From positions 3,449 to 67,448 of the forward strand of contig JADZAA010000049.1 of NCBI GenBank assembly GCA_020852855.1: 64,000 nucleotides of DNA, read 5' to 3'. A program made the position numbers and the translations under genes. The notes under the pieces were generated by a model. That model worked only from the letters and a program-made list of their open reading frames with translations. It was not told the origin of the DNA and ran no database searches. Below, in pieces: positions 40,906 to 53,740 of this stretch; within the stretch, counting starts at the first letter, position 1; the number at the start of each line of letters is the position of its first letter. The DNA is from Bacteroidota bacterium (GTDB lineage: Bacteria; Bacteroidota; Ignavibacteria; Kapaibacteriales; UBA961).

Positions 40906-41844
40906 ATGCGAATTTTACTTGTGCTGGTTGCGATTATTTTATCGGCCGTTTCGTTCTCCTGCAATTCTGCGTCTGATGTAATACGAATAGGCTATTTGCC
41001 GCTTTCGTCCAATTTGCCGCTTTTCGTAGCAATGAAAAACGGATATTTTACCGCTCGCGGACTAAAGCCGGAACTTATTCCGTTCCAAACGAGCAATGCT
41101 CTCACCGAGGCGTTGGCGGCCGGTGATATAGATGCGGAAGCGGGTTCTTCCACTTTTGTTACATTAGCCGTTGCGCAAGCTTCGGCCGACAAATTACGCA
41201 TTATATTAGGCATAGTGGTTTCGCCCGAACATCCTATTTCTGCGTTGTTGGTATCGCCTAATTCACCTGTTAAATCCTTAGCGGACTTGCGCGGAAAGAA
41301 AATCGGCTGTTTTCCGGGGGTTGCCATTAAAAGTTTTGCGCGACTGTTTCTGGAGCGTCATAATGCCTATGACGAGAACACAAGCTTGATAGAATTGCCG
41401 CCGCCGCTTCATATTCAGGCTTTGGCAAACGGCAGTATTGACGCGGCCTTATCTCTTGAGCCTACGCCCTCGCTTGGATTAGTGAAAAATGCGGTGAAAA
41501 TATTGGTGCGGGCACCTATAGAGCGTGATATTTTAAACCCCTGGATAGGTGGAGTATACTCGGTTTCGCGTAGTTTCGAAAAGGCAAATCGTGATGTTAT
41601 AGACAAGTATACCGATGCTTTGCGCGAGGCAGTGAACTTTATAGAGCGTTCGCCGGACTCGGCAAAACCTGCAATGAAAGACTATACGCCCATAAAAGAC
41701 GCAGCGGCGTTAAAATTGCTGCCGATACCGGAATTTATTATGTCTGATAGTTTGTCGTCGGCCGATTTGCAGACACTTGCCGATTTGCTGTTGGCACAAG
41801 GAATACTGCGTCAGCATATAAATGCGGGAAAATTATTAGAGTAG
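40906..41844 (+). CDS. NMT1/SsuA-like periplasmic substrate-binding protein with no transporter partners
   Basis: Lipoprotein signal (VSFSC). IRIGYLPLSSNLPLFVA and FQTSNALTEALAAGDIDA are typical of the NitT/TauT substrate-binding family. No permease or ATPase nearby. Confidence 0.65.
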   Translation: MRILLVLVAIILSAVSFSCNSASDVIRIGYLPLSSNLPLFVAMKNGYFTARGLKPELIPFQTSNALTEALAAGDIDAEAGSSTFVTLAVAQASADKLRIILGIVVSPEHPISALLVSPNSPVKSLADLRGKKIGCFPGVAIKSFARLFLERHNAYDENTSLIELPPPLHIQALANGSIDAALSLEPTPSLGLVKNAVKILVRAPIERDILNPWIGGVYSVSRSFEKANRDVIDKYTDALREAVNFIERSPDSAKPAMKDYTPIKDAAALKLLPIPEFIMSDSLSSADLQTLADLLLAQGILRQHINAGKLLE

Positions 41845-42034
41845 CCGAATCAAGCATCATCGAACCATATTCGTAAGAATTATTCTGGAAAATATATTTA
41901 GGAAGACTCCGGCCGCGGTCAGTTTTCAGAGTAAATAGGGCTTGGAACAAATAGTTGAAAGAATAAAAAAAGAACGGCCGCTTTGTTGGTATACAACAGA
42001 AGTGACTGTTCTTAATATGATGTAGCTCGTATTG

Positions 42035-42226
42035 TCAATATTTGGGTGCGGGTTCTCCGGTAACTTTCTCGACAGCGGCTTTGAATTTAGCGAGATTTTC
42101 CGGGCTATCCGGCTCAATAGCTGCTTTAGGCCCTGGCATCAGCGTTAATTTCGCCAATTCTATCTTGCCGCTCAAACCTTTTTTTTCAGCTACGTAAGCA
42201 TAGTATTTTACTAATTTTTCAGCCAT
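42035..42226 (-). CDS. Small hypothetical protein (63 aa) downstream of the V4R gene
   Basis: 17-nt gap after the V4R gene on the same strand. Lys/Ala-rich. Contains an A8 homopolymer in the coding sequence. No known motif. Confidence 0.35.
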   Translation of the reverse strand: MAEKLVKYYAYVAEKKGLSGKIELAKLTLMPGPKAAIEPDSPENLAKFKAAVEKVTGEPAPKY

Positions 42227-42242
42227 TTTCTCATCTCCTAAA

Positions 42243-42839
42243 TTAAAAAATCTTCAATGCTTCAATGTATGGTGCCGCTTCCGGCCCCCACTCGCCTATA
42301 GGCTTAATTTCCCAGCCGCAGTTTTCGTCGCCCTTGGCGGCGCAGCAAGGCTCTATCGCCAGAAGTTTCTTTCCGAAGAATGCAGTACACCAGCCGGACG
42401 CATACCCCATTAAACTCCAGCAAGCCGGGGCATGGGATTCACCTATGTAAGACAAATGTTGCTCTGCCTCATAGGAGTTCGTCCAAACACCTGTAAAATA
42501 AAATTCGCCGGTTTCGCGATTGAAACGAATTTCCGTAGGTGTGGCTTTAACAATACCTTCCCACGTGTGAATAACGGGGCCGGAAGCCAGTAAATCCATT
42601 TCGCTGTCAAAACTATAGCTAATCTTCATTTGCATAAAATCGGCAAATCCTTGCTGATAGCCGAATTGAAGGAATATTTCGCGTGCCTTCTCTATGCCCA
42701 TTGCATCTATAATCTTGCTCCTCAACAAGCCTAGCGACTCCACGTCGAATATGGCTAAGCGAGTTGTCTTGAAAGATGTTATACCTGATTCGACCTCAAA
42801 ACTCAGGTCTTTGCTGAAATTAAAATCGGTAGCTTTCAT
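42243..42839 (-). CDS. V4R (4-vinyl reductase-type) domain protein
   Basis: Cys-rich C-terminal block CWSLMGYASGWCTAFFGKKLLAIEPCCAAKGDENCGW resembles the V4R small-molecule-binding domain. Strong SD GGGAGG. Roughly 200 aa. Confidence 0.5.
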   Translation of the reverse strand: MKATDFNFSKDLSFEVESGITSFKTTRLAIFDVESLGLLRSKIIDAMGIEKAREIFLQFGYQQGFADFMQMKISYSFDSEMDLLASGPVIHTWEGIVKATPTEIRFNRETGEFYFTGVWTNSYEAEQHLSYIGESHAPACWSLMGYASGWCTAFFGKKLLAIEPCCAAKGDENCGWEIKPIGEWGPEAAPYIEALKIF

Positions 42840-43143
42840 TAAATCCTCCCGATAAGGTAAACAAGTAAACTTGATTTTTCGCCTGACGAGCTTTTTCCAT
42901 GAATCGGCTTTTGCCGATAGTTTGCAATAACTTTTGCCTTAAGCAGGCAATCTGATTTTACGCTGTTCATAATCGCGTTTTGCATTTATTGATAAAAACG
43001 TAGAACATCAAACATAGGCAAAGCCGAAGACTTTTATTAAACTTAACACTAACATACAAAAAAAAGTCAATCTGCATGGGATTTTTTTTGCAATACAGCT
43101 GAAAATATATTCTTAGTATCTGTATTTTTACTTGGAAACGTAT

Positions 43144-45042
43144 TCATTTTTTATCGATTTTTTCGGATAGCGTCAGCCAGCGTTCTGTTGCCGTTTCGAT
43201 GGTATGCTCGGTTTCCGCAAGTTTTGTTCCTATTTCTGCTATTTTTTTATAGTCCGAAGCAATGCTCGGATTCCCGATAGCAATATTCAGCGCATCACGT
43301 TCGGCTTCGAGGTCCGCAATATTTTTTTCAAGACTGTCCAACTCTTTTCGCTCTTTGTAAGAAAGCCCGGCGGCGGTCGGCTTTTTTATCTGTTCGTTGG
43401 CGCGCAATGCCGATTTTGCAGAAGCCGTCGATTCGGTTGCCGTCGGAGATTGCCGCTCCGTTTTTTCTAAATAGGCGGTATAATTACCCGGATACTGCTT
43501 AATGTTGCCGTTCTCGAAAGAGTAAATAAAATCAACGGTTTTATCTAGGAAAGAGCGGTCGTGCGAAACAATTAGCAATGTTCCTTTGAAGTAGCCGAGG
43601 AATTCTTCGAGAGCCGAAAGGGTAGGAATGTCGAAGTCGTTGGTAGGCTCGTCTAACAGCAACACGTTCGGATTGCCGATTAGTATTCTGACGAGAGCCA
43701 AACGCCGCCGTTCCCCGCCCGACAAAGTTTCGATAAATGCGCCGTGCTGTTTATGCGGGAACATAAATCGTTCCAGCAATTCTCGCGCAGAGATATAACG
43801 TTCGCGCCCTACGCCTACATCTATAAATTCCGCAATTTCGCGTATGGATCCGAGTACGGTCTGTCTCGGATTAAATTCTGTGTTTTCTTGTCGGAAATAA
43901 CCGATTTTGACTGTTTCGCCAATTTTTACACTGCCGGAATCGGTTGGCAATAATCCGGCAATAATATTGAGAAATGTGGATTTTCCGCTGCCGTTCGGGC
44001 CTATTACGCCTATTTTATCGCCCGGCGCGGCCGAATAGGTAAAATTGGAAAATAATAATTTATCGTCTATTTTTTTAGATATGTTAAAGCAGTCTATTAT
44101 TCTTCCGCCGAGAAATGAGCCGCCAAATTCAATGACGATTTTGCGCTCTTCGGGCGGCGGCGGTTCGGCCTTCATACGCGCTATCCAGTCAATGCGGCTT
44201 TGTTGCTTGGTGCGCCGTGCTTTAACGCCGCGTTGCAACCATGCGAGCTCCTGCCGTATTTTATTGCGCAAATGCTCGGCGCCTGCTTGCTCGGCCGTTA
44301 CCATGGACTCTTTACGCTCGAGATATTTCTCGAAATTTCCGGGATACGAGTAAATCTTTGAACGCTCAAGTTCTATGATTTTTGTGGAAACTGCATCGAG
44401 AAAATAACGGTCGTGGGTAACTAAAAGAAGCCCTTTGCGCGATTGTTGAATATAATCCTGCAACCATTGCGACGAGGTTGCGTCAAGATGATTTGTAGGC
44501 TCGTCGAGAATCAGCAAATCCGGATTGGAAAGCAGAACGCGGGCAAGTGCAACACGTTTTCGCTGCCCGCCCGAAAGATGCATAACGTCCGTATCGAATT
44601 GTTCCATACCAAGCCGTGCAAGCATTGTTCGGGCTTCGTTCTCAAGCGTCCACCCGCAAACTTCGTCAATACTGTGAGCAATTCTGCGAATTTCCTCCTC
44701 TTCAATTGAAGTAAGGCCTTGTTTATCGCATAATTTAGCGTAACGCAACAGTTTAACGGCAATTTCAGGCTTGCCCGACAGTACGGCTTCGAGTGCCGTA
44801 GAATGTCGGTCGAAACTTGGCAATTGTTCAAGATACTCGCGGCTGATTTCCTTGTTGAATGCCACATTGCCGCCGTCCGGCTCGTCGCGCCCGGCAAGAA
44901 TACGCAGAAGAGTTGTTTTTCCAACGCCGTTGCGCCCGATAAGCCCAATGTGTTCGCCTTCTTCCATTCCGAAAGAAATATTCTCGAACAGCGGAATATC
45001 GTTGATGATTTTAGTGAGATTAGCGGCGGAAAACAGCGTCAT
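43144..45042 (-). CDS. ABC-F family ATPase (two ABC domains, C-terminal coiled coil)
   Basis: Two Walker A sites (GRNGVGKTT, GPNGSGKST) and two signature motifs (LSGGQRKR, LSGGERRR). No transmembrane domain. C-terminal charged helix. Confidence 0.85.
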   Translation of the reverse strand: MTLFSAANLTKIINDIPLFENISFGMEEGEHIGLIGRNGVGKTTLLRILAGRDEPDGGNVAFNKEISREYLEQLPSFDRHSTALEAVLSGKPEIAVKLLRYAKLCDKQGLTSIEEEEIRRIAHSIDEVCGWTLENEARTMLARLGMEQFDTDVMHLSGGQRKRVALARVLLSNPDLLILDEPTNHLDATSSQWLQDYIQQSRKGLLLVTHDRYFLDAVSTKIIELERSKIYSYPGNFEKYLERKESMVTAEQAGAEHLRNKIRQELAWLQRGVKARRTKQQSRIDWIARMKAEPPPPEERKIVIEFGGSFLGGRIIDCFNISKKIDDKLLFSNFTYSAAPGDKIGVIGPNGSGKSTFLNIIAGLLPTDSGSVKIGETVKIGYFRQENTEFNPRQTVLGSIREIAEFIDVGVGRERYISARELLERFMFPHKQHGAFIETLSGGERRRLALVRILIGNPNVLLLDEPTNDFDIPTLSALEEFLGYFKGTLLIVSHDRSFLDKTVDFIYSFENGNIKQYPGNYTAYLEKTERQSPTATESTASAKSALRANEQIKKPTAAGLSYKERKELDSLEKNIADLEAERDALNIAIGNPSIASDYKKIAEIGTKLAETEHTIETATERWLTLSEKIDKK

Positions 45043-45064
45043 ATTTTATTCGGAACGTCGCTTG

Positions 45065-46441
45065 TCAAAACGAGTTTTCATCGGTTTCAACCAATTCCTT
45101 GGCCGTGACGATCTTTGGTTCGCCTAAGCATTGCAACTGCGGCGCAAGCGTTGCCGATTCGCCAACTGCAATTATAGCCCAATTATCGGGTGAAAAATGG
45201 CGGTTTTGAGCCGCAAAAACATCTTCGGCCGTCAGAGAAGATACTTTACGAAAAAAATCCGAATAGTACGAATCCGGAAGTCCGAAAAGTTTTATTGTTT
45301 GAACGAATTGAGAAATCTGTTGAGTTGTTTCCGCATTACGGGCAAATACTCCCATCAGGTATTGTCTTGCCCGTGAAAATTCGGCGGCTTCTATACGCTC
45401 GTGCTGCATACGTGCAATTTCGTCAAGCACAATTTTAACCGATTCGCCGGTTGCATCGTGATTAACACTCAATGCTGCATTTAGCGTTGCGGCGTATTTT
45501 TTTGCATCATGGAAACTGAATGCACCGTAAGTATAGCCTTTTTCTTCGCGCAAAATTCTGTTAAGTCGTGCCGTAAAAAAACCTCCGAGTGCGGTACAAG
45601 CAAGTTCTACGGCCGAATAATCACTATGGCTGTGTCCTACGGAAATCGTTCCCATACGCAACGATGCTTGCATTGCTCCGGGTTTGTCTACGATAATTAC
45701 TTGCCGTCGAGCCATGATTTCCGGCACTATATTCCCGGTATTGGTCGCTGGGGGCGTTAATTCGCCGAACCGCTTCCCAAGCAAAGCGGCTGCATCGTCG
45801 GGCGTGCAATTTCCCGCTACTGTAAAGAAGCAACCTCCGCGGCGAATTTCTTGATAACGGTCGCGTGCTGTTTGTGCATCGAATTTGTCGGTAGAATGTA
45901 AAGTTCCGCCGCGGTTTCTGCCATAATAATGCCCGCTGAAAATAGCACGTGCCGCCGCAATTCCGGCAAGTTGGTCGGCATCGGCTAAAATTTGATGAAT
46001 ATCCGCAATGGTTTGTCGTCGCAACAAATCAACTTCGTTCGTATCGAACGCTGGGCGTAGCGCGGCTTCGGCCATTAAATCGAGAGCAGGCTCGATATGG
46101 TCGGATAATACGTGCAGTGAAATTTCCGCGCTGTCCCAGCCTGCACCGCAAGTCAGCGACGCGCCTAATGCGTCTATTCTTTCGGCAAATTCATCGGCCG
46201 AATAGTTCTGCGAGCCGCGTGTAAGCAATCGCATGGCAAAACGCGAAATTCCGGATACGGTTTCTTCGGCCGCGCCATTGACAAACGACAGCGATACGCT
46301 TACAATAGGTTGTGTAAGGTCGGAAATGCAGTATACCGGAATTCCCGATTCAAGGTTAACCCTTACGGCTTCGGGAAAATGAAATTCCGGCGCACCATTA
46401 TTGATTGGCGCACGGCTACGGTCTAATTTAGTTTGCGACAT
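45065..46441 (-). CDS. M16 (pitrilysin) family peptidase-like protein, probably non-catalytic
   Basis: M16 fold-length protein with the conserved R/Y-rich C-terminal lobe. No HxxEH zinc motif in the N-terminal lobe. The ABC-F gene follows 22 nt downstream. Confidence 0.65.
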   Translation of the reverse strand: MSQTKLDRSRAPINNGAPEFHFPEAVRVNLESGIPVYCISDLTQPIVSVSLSFVNGAAEETVSGISRFAMRLLTRGSQNYSADEFAERIDALGASLTCGAGWDSAEISLHVLSDHIEPALDLMAEAALRPAFDTNEVDLLRRQTIADIHQILADADQLAGIAAARAIFSGHYYGRNRGGTLHSTDKFDAQTARDRYQEIRRGGCFFTVAGNCTPDDAAALLGKRFGELTPPATNTGNIVPEIMARRQVIIVDKPGAMQASLRMGTISVGHSHSDYSAVELACTALGGFFTARLNRILREEKGYTYGAFSFHDAKKYAATLNAALSVNHDATGESVKIVLDEIARMQHERIEAAEFSRARQYLMGVFARNAETTQQISQFVQTIKLFGLPDSYYSDFFRKVSSLTAEDVFAAQNRHFSPDNWAIIAVGESATLAPQLQCLGEPKIVTAKELVETDENSF

Positions 46442-46476
46442 TGTAAGATACAGTCATTCTAAAGAAAAATTGAGGG

Positions 46477-46611
46477 CTACTTGGTTAATTTACGCTCGAG
46501 ATTAGTTACCTTTTTTTCGAGGCGATTAACATATAGTGCGACTCCCGTCCATACAGTCAGCGTTATTAAAAGCACGACGTAAAGAGCGTTTTTTGTAAGG
46601 AAAGTTTCCAT
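46477..46611 (-). CDS. Unlisted 44-aa single-TM ORF (METFLTKNALYVVLLITLTVWTGVALYVNRLEKKVTNLERKLTK)
   Basis: My own translation of the minus strand. One hydrophobic helix then a basic LEKK tail, reminiscent of the small CcmD-like proteins of Bacteroidota. Lies between the SprB-repeat gene and the M16 gene. Confidence 0.3.
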   Translation of the reverse strand: METFLTKNALYVVLLITLTVWTGVALYVNRLEKKVTNLERKLTK

Positions 46612-46645
46612 ATTACCGTATTTGTAAAATCGAGTTTACCGTATA

Positions 46646-49789
<3,144 letters not shown>

Positions 49790-49854
49790 GTCAACGAAAA
49801 ATTACTCTGCCAATGCGGCGGAAATAAAGAGAAAAACATCTCAAAAAAGCGGCA

Positions 49855-51105
49855 TTAAAGTTTTGGAAGAGTCAGCGAGGTCATTTTTTCGCGCATTGCA
49901 TCTTCGCTCGGAGGATGTACGTCGCTTAAATACATTGTAGCGTCGCTGTTTAATCCGATAATTGTTTCACGGTGAATATATTGCGCTACGTCTGCAATGT
50001 TCTTTGTTTGATTGAATATTTTCAACTGCCTGTCGGCACCGCTTCCCATATCCAAAATTTGGTAAATGTATTCCACTTCGCGGCGCGAGCCGAGTTCGTC
50101 GAGAACGTCGTCCACAAAACTAATGAGCTCACCTACCAAATCGCGGGTATGAACTTCTTTTTGTTTGCCGAAATCAATCATCTTTCCTTCAAGCCCGTAG
50201 CGCACAGCCCGCCATTTGTTTTCCATAATCAACGCTCTTGAGTAACGGCGGAAACTAAGATTTTCTTTATAAAGCATATAGAGTTTTTTGGCTACCGCTT
50301 GGCATAATGCTGCAATGGCAATGGTTTCATCTACGCGCATCGGAATATCGCAAATGCGGATTTCCAAAGTCGGGAAAAACGGGTGCGGACGAACGTCCCA
50401 CCAAATTTTCTTGCCGTTGTCAATGCAACCTGTACGCATCAGCAATTTAACGTAATTTTCATATTCGGCCCAGCTGCTGAACTCGTCTGGCAGATTTGTG
50501 CGCGGAAAGTTCTCGAATACTTTTGAGCGATAAGATTTCAGCCCCGTGTTTTCTCCTGCCCAGAATGGGGAATTTGTAGATATTGCCAAAATATGCGGCA
50601 GGAAATATCGCATTTCGTTCATGATTTGTATTTGCAACTCGCGGTCGGGAATGCCGATATGAATATGCATTCCGAAAATCAACAACGACCTTGCCAGAAC
50701 CTGCATATCCTCGATAAGTATTTGATAACGCTCGTCGGGATAAATATCTTGGTCTTGCCAACGGGCAAAAGGGTGAGTACTCGCCGCACCAAAAACCAAG
50801 CCGTTTTGCCGTGAAAGTTGCCAAATCATAGAGCGCATTTTTGTTATTTCAAATCGCGCTTCGCGAATATTTTTGCAAACTCCCGTTCCGATTTCAAGCA
50901 TGGAACCGTGCATTTCAGGCTTGATATGCTCGTGCAACAATGTGCGGCCTTTCGAGATAAGCTCCATGTTTACGTGGGAGCGCAAATCGAAAGACTGCGG
51001 GTCCATCATCATATATTCTTCTTCGATGCCGAGAGTGAAAGCCGGCGGAGTTAAGTCTTCGATAATTGGCGACATTACCGGACGTTCGGTTGTTTCCATT
51101 GCCAT
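49855..51105 (-). CDS. Carboxylate-amine ligase, glutamate-cysteine ligase family 2 (YbdK-like)
   Basis: N-terminus ...FTLGIEEEYMMMD. HIHIGIPD and RPHPFFPTLEIRICD motifs match GCS2. Start taken at MAMETTERP; the ORF extends to 51207. Confidence 0.75.
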   Translation of the reverse strand: MAMETTERPVMSPIIEDLTPPAFTLGIEEEYMMMDPQSFDLRSHVNMELISKGRTLLHEHIKPEMHGSMLEIGTGVCKNIREARFEITKMRSMIWQLSRQNGLVFGAASTHPFARWQDQDIYPDERYQILIEDMQVLARSLLIFGMHIHIGIPDRELQIQIMNEMRYFLPHILAISTNSPFWAGENTGLKSYRSKVFENFPRTNLPDEFSSWAEYENYVKLLMRTGCIDNGKKIWWDVRPHPFFPTLEIRICDIPMRVDETIAIAALCQAVAKKLYMLYKENLSFRRYSRALIMENKWRAVRYGLEGKMIDFGKQKEVHTRDLVGELISFVDDVLDELGSRREVEYIYQILDMGSGADRQLKIFNQTKNIADVAQYIHRETIIGLNSDATMYLSDVHPPSEDAMREKMTSLTLPKL

Positions 51106-51237
51106 AAAAGTCAAATTTTGTGTGAAATTTTTTTTAAGAGTTGCAGGCAAGCGCAAAAATATCGTTTTTTCGGCGTTTCGCATTATGTTGTGCAAGCTGT
51201 GCGGCAATTATACAGTTGCGTTGCGGCAAAAGCGCAA

Positions 51238-51942
51238 CTATGCCATCATCGTTGCTATAATGGAATGTAGATTCCGAACAAACTCTTTTTCGGCGGTACG
51301 GTCAATAGTGTCGGGTATTTCAATCGGCGGTGCTGCACGAAGAATAACTGTTCCTGCATGAAAGTACAGTGATTTTTTTGGAAGAATACGATTCGCACCG
51401 ATAATTGCAAGCGGTGCAATAGGCTTCCCGGCTCGCAAAGCCACGGCAACTGCACCGCGCCTGAATTCGCCTAAGCTTCCATCAGCCGAGCGAGTTCCCT
51501 CGGGGAAAATCAGTGCCGACCCGCCGTTTCGAACCGCCTCTGCCGCTTGTTCTATGCTTACCATTGCATTGCGCGGGTCTTCGCGTGTAACGGCTATAAA
51601 AGGAGAGAGGCGCAAGCACCAGCCGAAAATCGGGATTTTCTCGAGTTCGCGCTTATACATTATCGCGGCTCCGCTTGGCAGCGTAGCCAAAAGTATGGGA
51701 ATATCGAATAAACTCGAATGATTGCATACATATACGTGCGCCGTGCCGTCGGTATAGAGTTCCAATCCTTCGGATTTTACGCGAACACCGCATATTGCGA
51801 GCAACAGACGCGACCAATTTCGTGCAAACGGATAAAAAACGCGCCTGTCTGTAAAAGCCATAAACGTTATTACTGCTATGGAATAAAATATGGTTACAAT
51901 TACAATGGTTGCAGATTGTACGAAAAAAAATACCGTTCGCAT
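51238..51942 (-). CDS. plsC: 1-acyl-sn-glycerol-3-phosphate acyltransferase
   Basis: HX4D motif VCNHSSLFD and the FPEGTRS block. Confidence 0.8.
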   Translation of the reverse strand: MRTVFFFVQSATIVIVTIFYSIAVITFMAFTDRRVFYPFARNWSRLLLAICGVRVKSEGLELYTDGTAHVYVCNHSSLFDIPILLATLPSGAAIMYKRELEKIPIFGWCLRLSPFIAVTREDPRNAMVSIEQAAEAVRNGGSALIFPEGTRSADGSLGEFRRGAVAVALRAGKPIAPLAIIGANRILPKKSLYFHAGTVILRAAPPIEIPDTIDRTAEKEFVRNLHSIIATMMA

Positions 51943-51998
51943 AACGCCTCGAAAATAAGAGCGTTGAAAAAGTAGGAAAAATTATACTGAAACAGAAA

Positions 51999-52027
51999 CA
52001 GCCCGCTCTGTATAACGGAACGGGCTG
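51999..52027 (-). terminator. Rho-independent terminator downstream of the glutamate dehydrogenase gene
   Basis: On the minus strand CAGCCCG-loop-CGGGCTG is followed by TTTCTGTTTC. Confidence 0.45.
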
Positions 52028-52058
52028 TGCAATAAAAATTCTCGTACACTAAGGTGTA

Positions 52059-53483
52059 TTAAGGGAAAATGCCGAGCTGTTGATACGATACGGCAATTTT
52101 ATCAATGGCACTTACGAAAGCTGCAACGCGCATATCGTTTATTTTTGGGTTACTTTTCCAGATACCCATAATTTCGTGATAAGAAGAAATCATAGTGTCT
52201 TCCAGACCGGAATTAACCAAATCTTCCTCGTCTGCTCCGCGAACGAGCATTAGTCTTTCATCGGCGGTAAGCGATTTGCCTGTAAGCCTTTCGACTGCAG
52301 AAACAAGTTGCGACGCACTGCGCTCTTCGAAGCGTTTGTCCATGCGGCCGAAGCGTACATGAGATATGTTTTTAAGCCATTCAAAATAAGAAACGACCAC
52401 GCCGCCGGCATTAAGATACATATCGGGTATAATGAGAATGCCTTTATCCAAAAGAATATCTTCGGCAGTTGCTGTAACGGGGCCGTTTGCTCCTTCGGCC
52501 AGAATTTTACATTTGAGGTTGGGAGCGTTGAACTTGTGAATTTGCGATTCCAATGCGCATGGTGCAAGAATGTCACATTCCCATTCCAGCATGGAGTTGC
52601 CGTCTTCGATTGTTTTGCCGCCGGCAAAATTAGTAATGCTGCCTGTTTGCTTGCGATGCTCGTCGAGTGCGGCTATATCCAATCCGTTGGGATTATGCAC
52701 TGCACCGTCCCATTCGATTATTCCGATAACCGTCGCACCGCCTTCGCTCAGGAATTTCGCCGCGTGATAGCCTACATTACCAAATCCCTGCACTATAACG
52801 CGTTTTCCGCTAAGCCCCGTAGTCATTCCGAGTTTTTTCATTAATTCGGTGTCATTGACTGCTTCGCGCACGCCGAAGTATAATCCGCGTCCGGTTGCAG
52901 CGGTGCGGCCATGCACGCCCCCTTGGGGAATGGGTTTGCCGGTAACGCAAGCAAGAGCGTCTATTTCTTTGCCCGAAAAAGCACGGTAAGTATCTGCAAT
53001 CCAAGCCATTTCACGCTGTCCGCTTCCGTAATCTGGCGCGGGAACGTCTACCGACGGCCCGATGAAGTTCTTGTGAATAAGTTCTACCGTATAGCGGCGT
53101 GTAATGCGCTCAAGCTCTTCGACGGTATAGTTTTTCGGATTGATTTTTATACCGCCTTTTCCGCCGCCGAACGGCACATTTACAACGGCACATTTATACG
53201 TCATAAGAGCGGCAAGTGCCATAACCTCATCTTGATTTACCATATCGCTATAGCGAATACCGCCCTTGCAAGGAAGCTTGTGATGGCTGTGCTCGCAACG
53301 AAAAGCGGAGATAACCTGTATCTCGCCTTTGATACGAACGGGAAACTGCATATAATATACGGAATTACAAACGCGGATTTGGTCAATCAATCCTTTGGGA
53401 TGATTAAGCAAATCTGCCGCTTTGTCAAAATTGATATTTACGGACTCGAAAAACGGCAGGCTTTCAGCAAATTGAACACTCAT
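52059..53483 (-). CDS. gdh: Glutamate dehydrogenase (Glu/Leu/Phe/Val dehydrogenase family)
   Basis: Catalytic-lysine motif VPFGGGKGG. Dinucleotide fold GFGNVGYHAAKFL. Confidence 0.9.
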   Translation of the reverse strand: MSVQFAESLPFFESVNINFDKAADLLNHPKGLIDQIRVCNSVYYMQFPVRIKGEIQVISAFRCEHSHHKLPCKGGIRYSDMVNQDEVMALAALMTYKCAVVNVPFGGGKGGIKINPKNYTVEELERITRRYTVELIHKNFIGPSVDVPAPDYGSGQREMAWIADTYRAFSGKEIDALACVTGKPIPQGGVHGRTAATGRGLYFGVREAVNDTELMKKLGMTTGLSGKRVIVQGFGNVGYHAAKFLSEGGATVIGIIEWDGAVHNPNGLDIAALDEHRKQTGSITNFAGGKTIEDGNSMLEWECDILAPCALESQIHKFNAPNLKCKILAEGANGPVTATAEDILLDKGILIIPDMYLNAGGVVVSYFEWLKNISHVRFGRMDKRFEERSASQLVSAVERLTGKSLTADERLMLVRGADEEDLVNSGLEDTMISSYHEIMGIWKSNPKINDMRVAAFVSAIDKIAVSYQQLGIFP

Positions 53484-53740
53484 GATGCTGTAGTTTGATG
53501 TAATTAAGTTGAAAAAAGTAGTATGCTACTCGCAAAAATACAAAAAATATAAGGTCGCACTCTCTTTCTTGACTAATCGGAATCAGCCTGAAAAGCGTTA
53601 TGCAAGCATATATTTCCGATGTAGGCGAAGCGAATCGAAACTTATTGTAAGAAGGCTTTGTACGGAGAGCGGCCGCTATAAGCAATTAAATCGAAAGTCT
53701 GTCCGAACATTCGGATTTTCAGGCTCGGGCGATTAAGTTT

